Assembly (NCBI GenBank): GCA_035651955.1
Contig: DASRES010000046.1
Span: 6,174 to 70,173 of the forward strand
Length of the DNA stretch: 64,000 nucleotides
Source of the DNA: Acidimicrobiia bacterium
GTDB taxonomy: Bacteria; Actinomycetota; Acidimicrobiia; IMCC26256; JAMXLJ01
Direction: 5' to 3'
Shown: positions 18,915 through 30,785 of the stretch, piece after piece
Layout: each line of letters opens with the position of its first letter
Position numbering within the stretch: position 1 is the stretch's first letter
Position numbers and translations under genes: made by a program
Notes under the pieces: model-generated
The model's input: the letters and a program-made list of their open reading frames with translations, nothing else
Databases searched by the model: none
Told to the model about the DNA's origin: nothing

Positions 18915-18971
18915 GCGAGCACGGCCGGGAGGCCGGGCGGAAGCGGTGGCCCGAGCGGCCCGGCACCGCAG

Positions 18972-22274
<3,303 letters not shown>

Positions 22275-22364
22275 CGCGACCGGACGCGCAGGCGCGGGCG
22301 CGGAGCTGCCCACCGCGAGGGATCGCGGTCAGCGACCGCGGTGTCGAGCGCGATCCCGCCGCCG

Positions 22365-23024
22365 CTAACGCCGGCGTACCACCGTCCCGCGGTCCTCACG
22401 CATGCACGTGAAGACGAAGCGGACCAGCCGCTCGCGGTCCCGTTCGCTGATCGCGCTGAACCCGACGTGCAGGAGGTACTCCTCGTGGCGCTCCTGCCGC
22501 TCTCGCGACGACGCGTGCTCCAACACGGTCGCGATCGCGACGAGCGGTCGATCGCCCGGGATCGCGAGTGACACGACGACCGTCGCGTCCCGCGGCGCGA
22601 TCACGTCCGCCTCGAGTGCCATCCCGCCGCCGCCGATGTCGTGCACGTACGCGTCGAACGGCGTGAACTCGTTCGCGCGGTCGTCGAGCAGCAGGCACCG
22701 CACGACGGGCCGCGCCGCGACACGAACGAACTGCCGGCGTTGCATGGGAGCGTGGTCGTCGCGCAGTGCGAGCGCGAGCGTCGAGTCGCTCCGTCGCGTC
22801 ACTGCGCCGTCGACCGTGAACACGCTCGTGCTCGTCACGGTCGTGATCGAGACCGCCGCGCCTTCACGGAGCTCTCGCGGGACGGGGTCGTCGTGCACCG
22901 CGACGACGAGCCGCCCGGTCTGCACCGCGTCGACGATCGCTCGCCACGCGACGATCGCGCCGTCGACGTCCGTCTCGATGAGGACGAGCTGACGTTTCGC
23001 GAAGCCCGGGAACCGCGTCGGCAT
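22365..23024 (-). CDS. PilZ domain protein (YcgR-like two-domain)
   Basis: 219 aa. c-di-GMP motifs QRRQFVRV (RxxxR) and DIGGGGMAL (D/NxSxxG-like). Confidence 0.75.
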   Translation of the reverse strand: MPTRFPGFAKRQLVLIETDVDGAIVAWRAIVDAVQTGRLVVAVHDDPVPRELREGAAVSITTVTSTSVFTVDGAVTRRSDSTLALALRDDHAPMQRRQFVRVAARPVVRCLLLDDRANEFTPFDAYVHDIGGGGMALEADVIAPRDATVVVSLAIPGDRPLVAIATVLEHASSRERQERHEEYLLHVGFSAISERDRERLVRFVFTCMREDRGTVVRRR

Positions 23025-23113
23025 CCGTGCACAGCGTACGACGGGTCGTGCCGTGGGGAACGGTTACCCTGAGCGCTCCATGAAGTCGGCCCTCGTCGAG
23101 CCTCCGAGTCCCT

Positions 23114-24349
23114 GTGCGGCGGCAGTTGCGCACCGTCGTGGCGCGCTTCGTCGCGCTCGTTCGCTCGGACGCCGCCGGCGTACGGGCCGGGTTCGTCGCG
23201 CTCTTCATCTCGTCGGGCGGTGATCTCCTCGCCGGCCTGACGCTCGGGTCGATCACCGGAACGCTCCAACGGCTGCCCGGTCTGCTCGTCCTCGTCCCCG
23301 CGGCGATCGGCATGCGGGGCAACATCTTCGGCGCGCTCGGCAGCCGGCTCGGCACCGCGATCCACGCCGGCACGTTCCGCCTCTCGCGCCGGCGTGACAC
23401 CCTCGTCGGCCAGAACCTGTCGGCGTCGATCGCGCTGTCGCTGTCGATCTCGCTCGTGCTCGCGGTGCTGGCGCGCGCGATCTCGGTCGTCTTCGGCCTC
23501 GATCACACGATCTCGATCACCGACTTCATCGTCATCTCCGTCATCGGCGCGGTGCTGGCGTCGGTGGTCGTCATGGCGTTGACGGTGTGGGTCGCGCACC
23601 TCAGCGTCCAGCGCGGCTGGGACCTCGACAACGTCGCGGCGCCGATCGTCACGGCCGCCGGCGACATGGTGACCCTGCCCAGCCTGTTCGCCGCGACCTA
23701 CCTCGTCGGCGTGCACTACGTGACGCCCGTCGTCGCGGTGCTCTGCATCGTCCTCGGCGTCGGCGCGTTCGTCGTGAGCCTGCGGTCGCGGCTGCCGATC
23801 CTGCATCGCATCATGGTCGAGTCGCTGCCGATCCTCGCGCTGGCGGGCGCGGTCGACGTCGTCGCGGGGTTGACGATCGAGAAGCGCTTCGAGTCGTTCC
23901 TGACGTACCCGGCGCTGCTCGTGCTCGTGCCGCCCTTCCTCGAGGACTCCGGCTCGCTCGGCGGCATCCTGTCCGCGCGCGTCGCGACGAAGCTGCACCT
24001 CGGCACGATCGAACCGACGCGCTCCCCGCTCGTGGCAGTGGGTGAGGACGTGTTGCTGACGTACGTGTACGCGGTCCCGGTGTTCCTGTTCCTCGGGATC
24101 TCGTCGCAGATCGCGGCGCTCGTCGCCGGCCTGCACAGCCCGGGGCCGGTCGAGATGATCGCGGTGTCGATGCTCGCGGGCGCGTTCGCGACGACGGCGT
24201 CGGTGCTCGTCGGGTACTACGGCGCGGTCGCGACGTACCGGCTCGGTCTCGACCCCGACAACCACGGCATCCCGATCGTCACGTCGAGTCTCGACCTGCT
24301 CGGCGCGTTCGCGCTGATCCTCGCGATCGTGATCCTCGGGCTCACGTGA
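23114..24349 (+). CDS. MgtE-like divalent cation transporter, duplicated membrane domain, no cytosolic N/CBS domains
   Basis: 411 aa. Two repeats, each with the PxxxxMxGNxG-type motif (PAAIGMRGNIFGALGSRL; PPFLEDSGSLGGILSARV). Confidence 0.75.
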   Translation: MRRQLRTVVARFVALVRSDAAGVRAGFVALFISSGGDLLAGLTLGSITGTLQRLPGLLVLVPAAIGMRGNIFGALGSRLGTAIHAGTFRLSRRRDTLVGQNLSASIALSLSISLVLAVLARAISVVFGLDHTISITDFIVISVIGAVLASVVVMALTVWVAHLSVQRGWDLDNVAAPIVTAAGDMVTLPSLFAATYLVGVHYVTPVVAVLCIVLGVGAFVVSLRSRLPILHRIMVESLPILALAGAVDVVAGLTIEKRFESFLTYPALLVLVPPFLEDSGSLGGILSARVATKLHLGTIEPTRSPLVAVGEDVLLTYVYAVPVFLFLGISSQIAALVAGLHSPGPVEMIAVSMLAGAFATTASVLVGYYGAVATYRLGLDPDNHGIPIVTSSLDLLGAFALILAIVILGLT

Positions 24350-25593
24350 CGGCGGTACATTCGCGAGCAGTGGGTGCCAACCTGAAGGACATGCTCTCGG
24401 AGGCGAAGGACTCCTCCGAGCTCATGGTCGACCTGGCGTACGCGGCGCTGTTCTTCTCGGACGCCGGGATGGCGGACGAGGTCCACGAGCTGGAGGACCG
24501 GCTCCGGGACCTCACCCACCAGATGCGCGAGACCTGCGTCCTCGCGGCCCGCTCGCCGCGCGAGGCGGAGCAGATGTCGGGTGTCCTGCAGCTCGTGTCC
24601 GCGATCGAGCGGATGGCGAACGCGGCGGTCGACGTCTCGCGCATCGTCACGCGGCGTCTCGGCATCCCGGCTGCGCTCGTGGCCGACCTCGCCGCGGCCG
24701 AGGAGGTGTCGCACCGCGTCCGCATCCGCGACGACTCGGCGATGGCGCACCGATCGCTGGCCGATCTCGAGCTGCCGATCGAGACCGGCATGCGCGTCGT
24801 CGCGATCCGGCGCGGCAAGCAGTGGGTGATCGACCCCGACGGCGACGAGGTGCTCGTCCCCGACGACATCCTCATCCTGCGCGGTCCCGTGGACGGGATC
24901 GCGGAGCTGCGCGTGCTCGCCGGCGCGCCCGAGTGGCGCGCGCCCGCCCTCGAAGAGGACCCCGCGCTGTCCGACCTCGACCGCGCGGTCGACGTGCTCG
25001 TCGAGATGAAGAACGTCTCCGAGGTCGCGGTCGGCCTCGCGTACAGCGCGCTCCTGTTCGACGACCAGGGGCTCGCGGCCGAGGTGTCGCAACTCGAGGA
25101 GCGGCTCGACGAGATGCGCGAGCGGCTCGAGCTGTGGGTCCTGCGCGCCGCGAGCGAGACGATCGACCCGTCCCCGCTGCGCGGTCTGCTGCACCTGGGG
25201 GGCGCGGCCGAGGAGATCGGTGACGCGGCGCAACAGATGGTGTGGGTCGTCGAGCAGGGCGAGGAGATGCACCCGGTGCTCGTCGCCGCGCTCGGCGAGT
25301 CCGACGAGGTGATCGCGCGCATCCCCGTCGGCGCGGGGTCGCTGCTCGAAGGTCGCACGCTGAGCGAGGTCTCGCTCGAGACCGAGACCGGCTTCTACCT
25401 GCTCGCGATTCGCCGCTCGGGTCGCTGGTCCTACCGCCCGCGCGGCGGGTTCCGGCTCGCCGCGGGTGACGAGCTCGTCGGCAGCGGACCCGACGAGGGC
25501 CGCGCGCGGCTGGCGGAGCTGTGCGGCTACCGCGTCATCGAGGACGACGACACCGGCCAGGTCGATCTCGTCCCTGCCGCGGGCCCGAGGTAA
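24346..25593 (+). CDS. cytosolic regulator with 2x (PhoU-like + TrkA_C/RCK_C) domains
   Basis: GTGA overlap with the transporter gene. Two repeats of a helical PhoU-like segment followed by a TrkA_C-like segment (LADLELPIETGMRVVAIRRG...DILILRG; LSEVSLETETGFYLLAIRRSG). Confidence 0.75.
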   Translation: MTAVHSRAVGANLKDMLSEAKDSSELMVDLAYAALFFSDAGMADEVHELEDRLRDLTHQMRETCVLAARSPREAEQMSGVLQLVSAIERMANAAVDVSRIVTRRLGIPAALVADLAAAEEVSHRVRIRDDSAMAHRSLADLELPIETGMRVVAIRRGKQWVIDPDGDEVLVPDDILILRGPVDGIAELRVLAGAPEWRAPALEEDPALSDLDRAVDVLVEMKNVSEVAVGLAYSALLFDDQGLAAEVSQLEERLDEMRERLELWVLRAASETIDPSPLRGLLHLGGAAEEIGDAAQQMVWVVEQGEEMHPVLVAALGESDEVIARIPVGAGSLLEGRTLSEVSLETETGFYLLAIRRSGRWSYRPRGGFRLAAGDELVGSGPDEGRARLAELCGYRVIEDDDTGQVDLVPAAGPR

Positions 25594-25595
25594 CG

Positions 25596-26951
25596 GTGCT
25601 CTCCGGACGGGCGGCTGCCGCAGCGGCCGTCGGCGCGCTCGTCCTCGTCGCGCTCCTCCAGGCGGGCGCGGCAGTCGCGGCGACCACGCCGCGCCGCGCG
25701 CGGCCGGTCGTCTCCGAGATCCCGGTGACGGGTGCGGTGGACCCGCTCGTCGCGCGCATGGCGGAACGGGGGCTCACGAGGGCTGCGGACGCGCACGCGG
25801 CGGCGGTCCTCGTCCGGCTCGACACACCGGGCGGTCTGGACTCGTCGATGCGGTCGATCATCAAGTCGATCGAGCGCTCGACCGTACCGGTCGTGTGCTG
25901 GGTCGGCCCGTCGGGCGCGCGTGCGGCGTCCGCAGGGACGTTCATCCTCGTGGGCTGCCCCGTCGCGGCGATGGCGCCGGGAACGAACGTCGGGGCTGCG
26001 CACCCGGTCGGCATCACCGGTCAGATCGAGTCGACGAAGGTCACCAACGATGCAGCCGCGTACATCCGCTCGCTCGCGCAGGCCCGCGGTCGCAATGCCG
26101 ACTGGGCGGAGCGCGCGGTACGCAACTCGGTGAGCATCTCGGCGGCCGACGCCGTCCGCCTGCACGTCGCCGATCTGCTCGCACCCAGTCGTGACGCGCT
26201 GCTGCGCGCGGTCGACGGGCGGGTCGTCGCCACCGCGGCAGGACCGGTCACGCTCACGACCGCCGGCGCGACGGTGCGGACCGAGCACCTCACGTGGGGC
26301 GAGTCGCTCCTCCATGCCCTCGACGACCCGAACATCGCGTTCGTGCTGTTCGTCGCGGGCATCGCGCTGCTCGTGCTCGCGCTGATCCACCACGGCGTGC
26401 AGGTGTACGGCGTCGTCGGGCTCGTCCTGGTGCTGTCGTCGCTCGTCGTGTTCTCGGTGCTGCCCGTGAACCTCGCCGGGATCATCCTGCTCGTCGCCGC
26501 GTTCGTGCTCTTCGTGCTGGACGTCAAGCTGCATGCGCACGGCGCGCCGGTCGCCGCCGGTCTCGTCGCCTTCGTGTTCGGCGGGCTGTACCTGTACAAC
26601 GGGCCCGTCCGGGTCTCGCGCCCGCTGGTGTTCACGCTGGCGCTCGGGTTCGGGGTGCTGTTCTTCCTCGCGGTGCGGGCCGCGGTCCGGTCGCACCATG
26701 TGCCCGTGCGCGTCGGGACGTCCGTCGTCGGCGCGCAGGGTGTCGTCGTGCGCGACCTCGCGCCCGAAGGCGTCGTCCGCATCAACCGCGAGGAGTGGAG
26801 CGCGCGCGTGGTCGGGTGTGAGGGGGGTGCCGTCCCCGCGGGCGCGACCGTCCGGGTGGTGGACACGTCGGGACTGACCGTGGAGGTCGTCCCGGTCGGA
26901 TCGGAGGGTGCGGCGAGCAGCGACGCACCCGGTGCGGAGGTGACCAGTTGA
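25596..26951 (+). CDS. NfeD-family membrane-bound ClpP-class serine protease
   Basis: GTG start 2 nt after the previous stop, with a GAGG upstream. LDTPGGLDSSMRSI...ARAASAGTFI..., TM block and C-terminal OB-like NfeD domain. Confidence 0.85.
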   Translation: MLSGRAAAAAAVGALVLVALLQAGAAVAATTPRRARPVVSEIPVTGAVDPLVARMAERGLTRAADAHAAAVLVRLDTPGGLDSSMRSIIKSIERSTVPVVCWVGPSGARAASAGTFILVGCPVAAMAPGTNVGAAHPVGITGQIESTKVTNDAAAYIRSLAQARGRNADWAERAVRNSVSISAADAVRLHVADLLAPSRDALLRAVDGRVVATAAGPVTLTTAGATVRTEHLTWGESLLHALDDPNIAFVLFVAGIALLVLALIHHGVQVYGVVGLVLVLSSLVVFSVLPVNLAGIILLVAAFVLFVLDVKLHAHGAPVAAGLVAFVFGGLYLYNGPVRVSRPLVFTLALGFGVLFFLAVRAAVRSHHVPVRVGTSVVGAQGVVVRDLAPEGVVRINREEWSARVVGCEGGAVPAGATVRVVDTSGLTVEVVPVGSEGAASSDAPGAEVTS

Positions 26952-27865
26952 CCGCGGTGTTCGTCGTCGTTGCCGTCGTCGTCGTGCTGTTCCTGATCGT
27001 GCTGTGGTCGTCGATCAAGATCGTGCGCGAGTACCAGCGGATCGTGCTCTTCCGGCTCGGTCGCATGATCGGCCTGCGCGGGCCGGGGATCGTGATCATC
27101 ATCCCGTTCATCGACCGCGCGACCTGGGTCGACCTGCGCGAGTTCTACCTGGAGATCCCGCACCAGACCGCGATCACGAAGGACAACGCGCCGATCTCGA
27201 TCGACTTCATCACGTTCTTCAAGGTCGTCGACGCCGAGTCGAGCGTGATCCAGGTCGCCAACTTCACCGGCGCCGCGCAGAACATCGCGGCGACGACGCT
27301 GCGCTCCGTCGTCGGTGACATCAGCCTCGACGACGTGCTCGCCAAGCGCGACGAGATCAACCAGATCCTCCGCACGAAGCTCGACGAGATCACCGAGCGC
27401 TGGGGCGTGAAGGTCACGAACGTCGAGATCCGCGAGATCATCCCGCCCCCCGCGGTGCAGGAGGCGATGACGCGCCAGATGTCGGCGGAGCGCACGCGGC
27501 GCGCGGTCGTCACCGAGGCCGAGGGCGACAAGGCCGCGCAGATCCTGCGCGCGGAGGGGTCCCAGCAGTCGGCCGTCCTCGAGGCCGAGGGCCAGCGGCA
27601 GGCGAACATCCTGCAGGCCGAGGGTGACAAGCAGGCCGCGCTGCTGCGGGCCGAGGGCTTCGCGGCCGCGCTGACCGCGGTGTTCCAGGCCGCGAGCACC
27701 GTCGACGCGAAGACGATGGGCATCCAGTACCTGGAGGCGCTCAAGGCGCTCGGCGCGTCACCGTCGACGAAGTTCGTGCTCCCGCTCGAGCTGACCGGCG
27801 TGCTGCACGGTCTCGCCGGCTACGCCAACCAGGCGTTCGACGGCGCCGGCGACACGCCGTCCTGA
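26948..27865 (+). CDS. SPFH/band-7 stomatin-like protein
   Basis: TTG start overlapping the nfeD stop. IVREYQRIVLFRLGR...TKDNAPISIDF...VKVTNVEIREI. Confidence 0.9.
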   Translation: MTAVFVVVAVVVVLFLIVLWSSIKIVREYQRIVLFRLGRMIGLRGPGIVIIIPFIDRATWVDLREFYLEIPHQTAITKDNAPISIDFITFFKVVDAESSVIQVANFTGAAQNIAATTLRSVVGDISLDDVLAKRDEINQILRTKLDEITERWGVKVTNVEIREIIPPPAVQEAMTRQMSAERTRRAVVTEAEGDKAAQILRAEGSQQSAVLEAEGQRQANILQAEGDKQAALLRAEGFAAALTAVFQAASTVDAKTMGIQYLEALKALGASPSTKFVLPLELTGVLHGLAGYANQAFDGAGDTPS

Positions 27866-27918
27866 TCGTCCATGCGTCGTTCATCGTCGTACAGCAACGG
27901 CGAGCGACGCATGGACGA
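27866..27918. terminator. bidirectional hairpin between convergent genes
   Basis: 14-bp perfect arms TCGTCCATGCGTCG / CGACGCATGGACGA with a 25-nt loop. No U-tract. Confidence 0.4.
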
Positions 27919-27923
27919 CCGGA

Positions 27924-30650
27924 TCACGTGACCGCGCGCATCCGGCGCAGGCCGCGGAGGGGACTCTCGGTGGTCGGTGCGAGGCGGACCTTCACGTCGA
28001 CGACCGTGGCGCCGTCCGGCGTGACGATCACCGGGTTGCAGTCCATCTCGCTCACCTCGGCGAGCGTGTCGGCGAGCAGGCCGACGCGCAGCACGACGTC
28101 CTCGAGCGCATCGACGTCGACCGGCGCACTCCCTCGGTAGCCGAACAGCAGGGGCGACATCTTCAACGACCGGACGACCTCGCGCGCGTCGACGTCGGTG
28201 ATCGGCACGATGCGCAGCGCGGTGTCGCGCATGAGCTCGGCCGTGACGCCGCCCATCCCGAACAGCACGAGCGGCCCGAAGGACGGGTCGTGGGTGACGC
28301 CGACGATCGTCTCCACCCCGACCGCGGCCATCGGCTGGACGACGACGGTGCGTTCGCTGGTCGACGACACGACGTGCGCGTACGCGTCGCGCACGGCCGG
28401 CGCGCTCGACAGGCCGAGGTGCACGCCGCCGACGTCGCTCTTGTGCACGATCGAGCCGGCCGCGACCTTCAGCGCGACGGGGAAGCCGAGCTCCTCGGCC
28501 GCGCTCGCGGCGTCGTCCGGGGTCGTGACGCGCCGCACGGGGACGTGCGGGATGCCGAAGCAGTCGCACAGCGCGAACGCGACGTCGCTGTCCAACCACA
28601 CGCGCTCGCCGCCCGCCGCGGCGAGGACGTCCGTGACGAGCTCCTTGGCGTGCGCGACGTCGACGCCGTCGAGCGCCGGCACCGTGCCCGCGGGACGGCG
28701 GCGCCACTCGCCGTGCTCCGCGGCGCGCGCCATCGCGGCGACGGCGGACTCCGGGAACGAGAACGACGGGATCGCCCGCCGAGCTGCGTCGCCGCGCTCC
28801 GGCGGGTGCTGCAACGCGTCGGGGATCCCCTGCCGGCCGAGGAAGCACGCGACGACGGGCGTGTCGCCGGCGGCGGTCGATCCGGCCTGGATCGCGCGCG
28901 CGACGTCCTCGGCCGCGGTCACGAGCGGTGGGACGAAGATGACGAGCAGCGCGTCGACGTCCGGGTCGCGCAGCACGGTACGGATCGCGCGCTCGTAGGT
29001 CTCCGCGCTCGCCGACGCGACGAGGTCGACGGGGTTCGCGACGCTCGCGTCCGGCGACACGAACGAGCGCAGCTCCTGCTGTGTCGCCGGGCCGAGCTCG
29101 TTCACCTCGAGTCCCGCGCCCTCGGACGCGTCGGCCGCGAGGATCCCGGGCCCGCCGCCATTGCTGATGATCGCGACGCGCCGGCCCTTCGGTAACGGCT
29201 GGTTGACGAGCACCTGCGCCGTCTCGAAGAGCTGCTCCATGGTGTCGACGCGGATGACGCCCGCCTGGCGGAACAGCGCGTCGACCGCGACGTCGGGGCT
29301 CGCGAGCGCGGCCGTGTGCGACGACGCGGCGCGCGTCCCGGCACGCGAGCGGCCGCTCTTCACCGCGACGATCGGCTTGTGGCGCGAGATCCGCCGGGCG
29401 AGCCGCGCGAACTTGCGCGGGTTCCCGAACGACTCGAGGTAGAGGAGGATGACGTCGGTGTCGGGATCGTCCTCCCAGTGCTGGAGGAGGTCGTTGCCGC
29501 TCACGTCGGCCTTGTTGCCGATCGACACGAACGACGACACGCCGAGGCCGAGCCGGCTCGCCTGGGCGAGCAGCTCGATGCCGAGCGCGCCGGACTGCGA
29601 CGAGAACGCCACCCGCCCGCGCGTCGGCGTGAACGGCGCGAACGTCGCGTTCATCTGCACGTCGGGGTTCGTGTTGACCACGCCCATGCAGTTCGGACCG
29701 ACCATGCGCATGCCGTGGCGCCGCGCCAGCTCGACGATCTCGCGTTCGGTCCGGCGGCCGTCCTCGCCCGTCTCCGCGAACCCGGCCGTGATGACGATGA
29801 GGCCCCGCACCCGCTTCTGCGCGCACTCGCGGACGACGCCTTCGACGAGCGGCGCGGGAACCGTGATGACCGCGACGTCGACGTCGTCGGGGATGTCGAG
29901 CACGCTCGGCCACGACCGCACGCTCGCCACCGACGTCGTGGTCGGGTTGACCGGGTAGACGGGACCGTTGAACCCGCCCGCGATGAGGTTGCGCAGCACC
30001 TCGTGACCGATCGTGCCGCGCCGGCGCCCCGCGCCGACGACCGCGATCGACCGGGGTGCGAGCACGCGCGCCGTCGATCGCGCCTCCGCCTGGTGCTCGC
30101 GTTGCTCCTGCGCGGCGCGCGACGCCGCTGTCGGCGCGATCGGGAACGTCAGCTCGACCACTCCGTCCGCGAAGCGGCGCTCGACCTCGAAGCCCGCACT
30201 GCGGAACACGTCGAGCATCTTGCGGTTCGACGGCAACGTCGACGCGAGGAAGCGCGTGATCCCCTCGCGGCGCGCGATCCCGGCGAGGTGCTCGAGCATG
30301 ATCGTCCCGAGGCCGCGGCCCTGCTGGTCGTCCTCGACCGTGAACGCGACCTCGGCATCGTTGCGGTCGTCGAGACGGTCGTAGCGCGCGACGGCGACGA
30401 TGCGGTCGCCGAGCTCGGCGACGAGCGCCATCCGGTCGTCGTAGTCGATGCTCGTGAGCCGCTCGAGCTGCTGCGCGGTCGGTGCGGAGACCGGTGAGAA
30501 GAACCGCAGGTAGATGGAGTCGGACGACATGCGCTCGTAGAGCGCGAGGAGCGCGGCGTCGTCGTCGGGCCGGATCGGCCGCACGTGCACGGTGCCGCCG
30601 TCGGCGAGCACGACGTCCGACTCCCACTGCGAGGGGTACGCCCGGGCCAT
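27924..30650 (-). CDS. Pat-like protein acetyltransferase: N-terminal GNAT fused to NDP-forming acyl-CoA synthetase (CoA-binding + ATP-grasp)
   Basis: Starts MARAYPSQWESDVVLADGG within the 1918-aa track ORF. GNAT motif QQGRGLGTIMLEH, then SIAVVGAGRRRGTIGHEV...GPNCMG...SQSGALG...ATP-grasp. Confidence 0.85.
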   Translation of the reverse strand: MARAYPSQWESDVVLADGGTVHVRPIRPDDDAALLALYERMSSDSIYLRFFSPVSAPTAQQLERLTSIDYDDRMALVAELGDRIVAVARYDRLDDRNDAEVAFTVEDDQQGRGLGTIMLEHLAGIARREGITRFLASTLPSNRKMLDVFRSAGFEVERRFADGVVELTFPIAPTAASRAAQEQREHQAEARSTARVLAPRSIAVVGAGRRRGTIGHEVLRNLIAGGFNGPVYPVNPTTTSVASVRSWPSVLDIPDDVDVAVITVPAPLVEGVVRECAQKRVRGLIVITAGFAETGEDGRRTEREIVELARRHGMRMVGPNCMGVVNTNPDVQMNATFAPFTPTRGRVAFSSQSGALGIELLAQASRLGLGVSSFVSIGNKADVSGNDLLQHWEDDPDTDVILLYLESFGNPRKFARLARRISRHKPIVAVKSGRSRAGTRAASSHTAALASPDVAVDALFRQAGVIRVDTMEQLFETAQVLVNQPLPKGRRVAIISNGGGPGILAADASEGAGLEVNELGPATQQELRSFVSPDASVANPVDLVASASAETYERAIRTVLRDPDVDALLVIFVPPLVTAAEDVARAIQAGSTAAGDTPVVACFLGRQGIPDALQHPPERGDAARRAIPSFSFPESAVAAMARAAEHGEWRRRPAGTVPALDGVDVAHAKELVTDVLAAAGGERVWLDSDVAFALCDCFGIPHVPVRRVTTPDDAASAAEELGFPVALKVAAGSIVHKSDVGGVHLGLSSAPAVRDAYAHVVSSTSERTVVVQPMAAVGVETIVGVTHDPSFGPLVLFGMGGVTAELMRDTALRIVPITDVDAREVVRSLKMSPLLFGYRGSAPVDVDALEDVVLRVGLLADTLAEVSEMDCNPVIVTPDGATVVDVKVRLAPTTESPLRGLRRMRAVT

Positions 30651-30785
30651 CCGCGCGCAGCGTAGGACGTCGTCTGCTCCCTCGCGCCGGCCCATCCCCG
30701 CGCGTGCGCGCACGGTCCGGCTTCGTCCGCACCGTCGCAGGTTCTTCGACCCGGCCGGCCCGTCGCGGTCGGCTACCGTCGGACG

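Noticed and set aside
22319-22357. Nested inverted repeats after dnaE2 (GGGATCGCG...CGCGATCCC and CGCGGTC-AGC-GACCGCG)
   Set aside because: Probably an ordinary intrinsic-terminator-like structure between convergent genes. It is not repeated elsewhere in the window.
23025-23113. Mg-sensing (M-box) riboswitch upstream of the MgtE-like gene
   Set aside because: The intergenic region is only 89 nt, far shorter than an M-box, and it shows no extended conserved helices.
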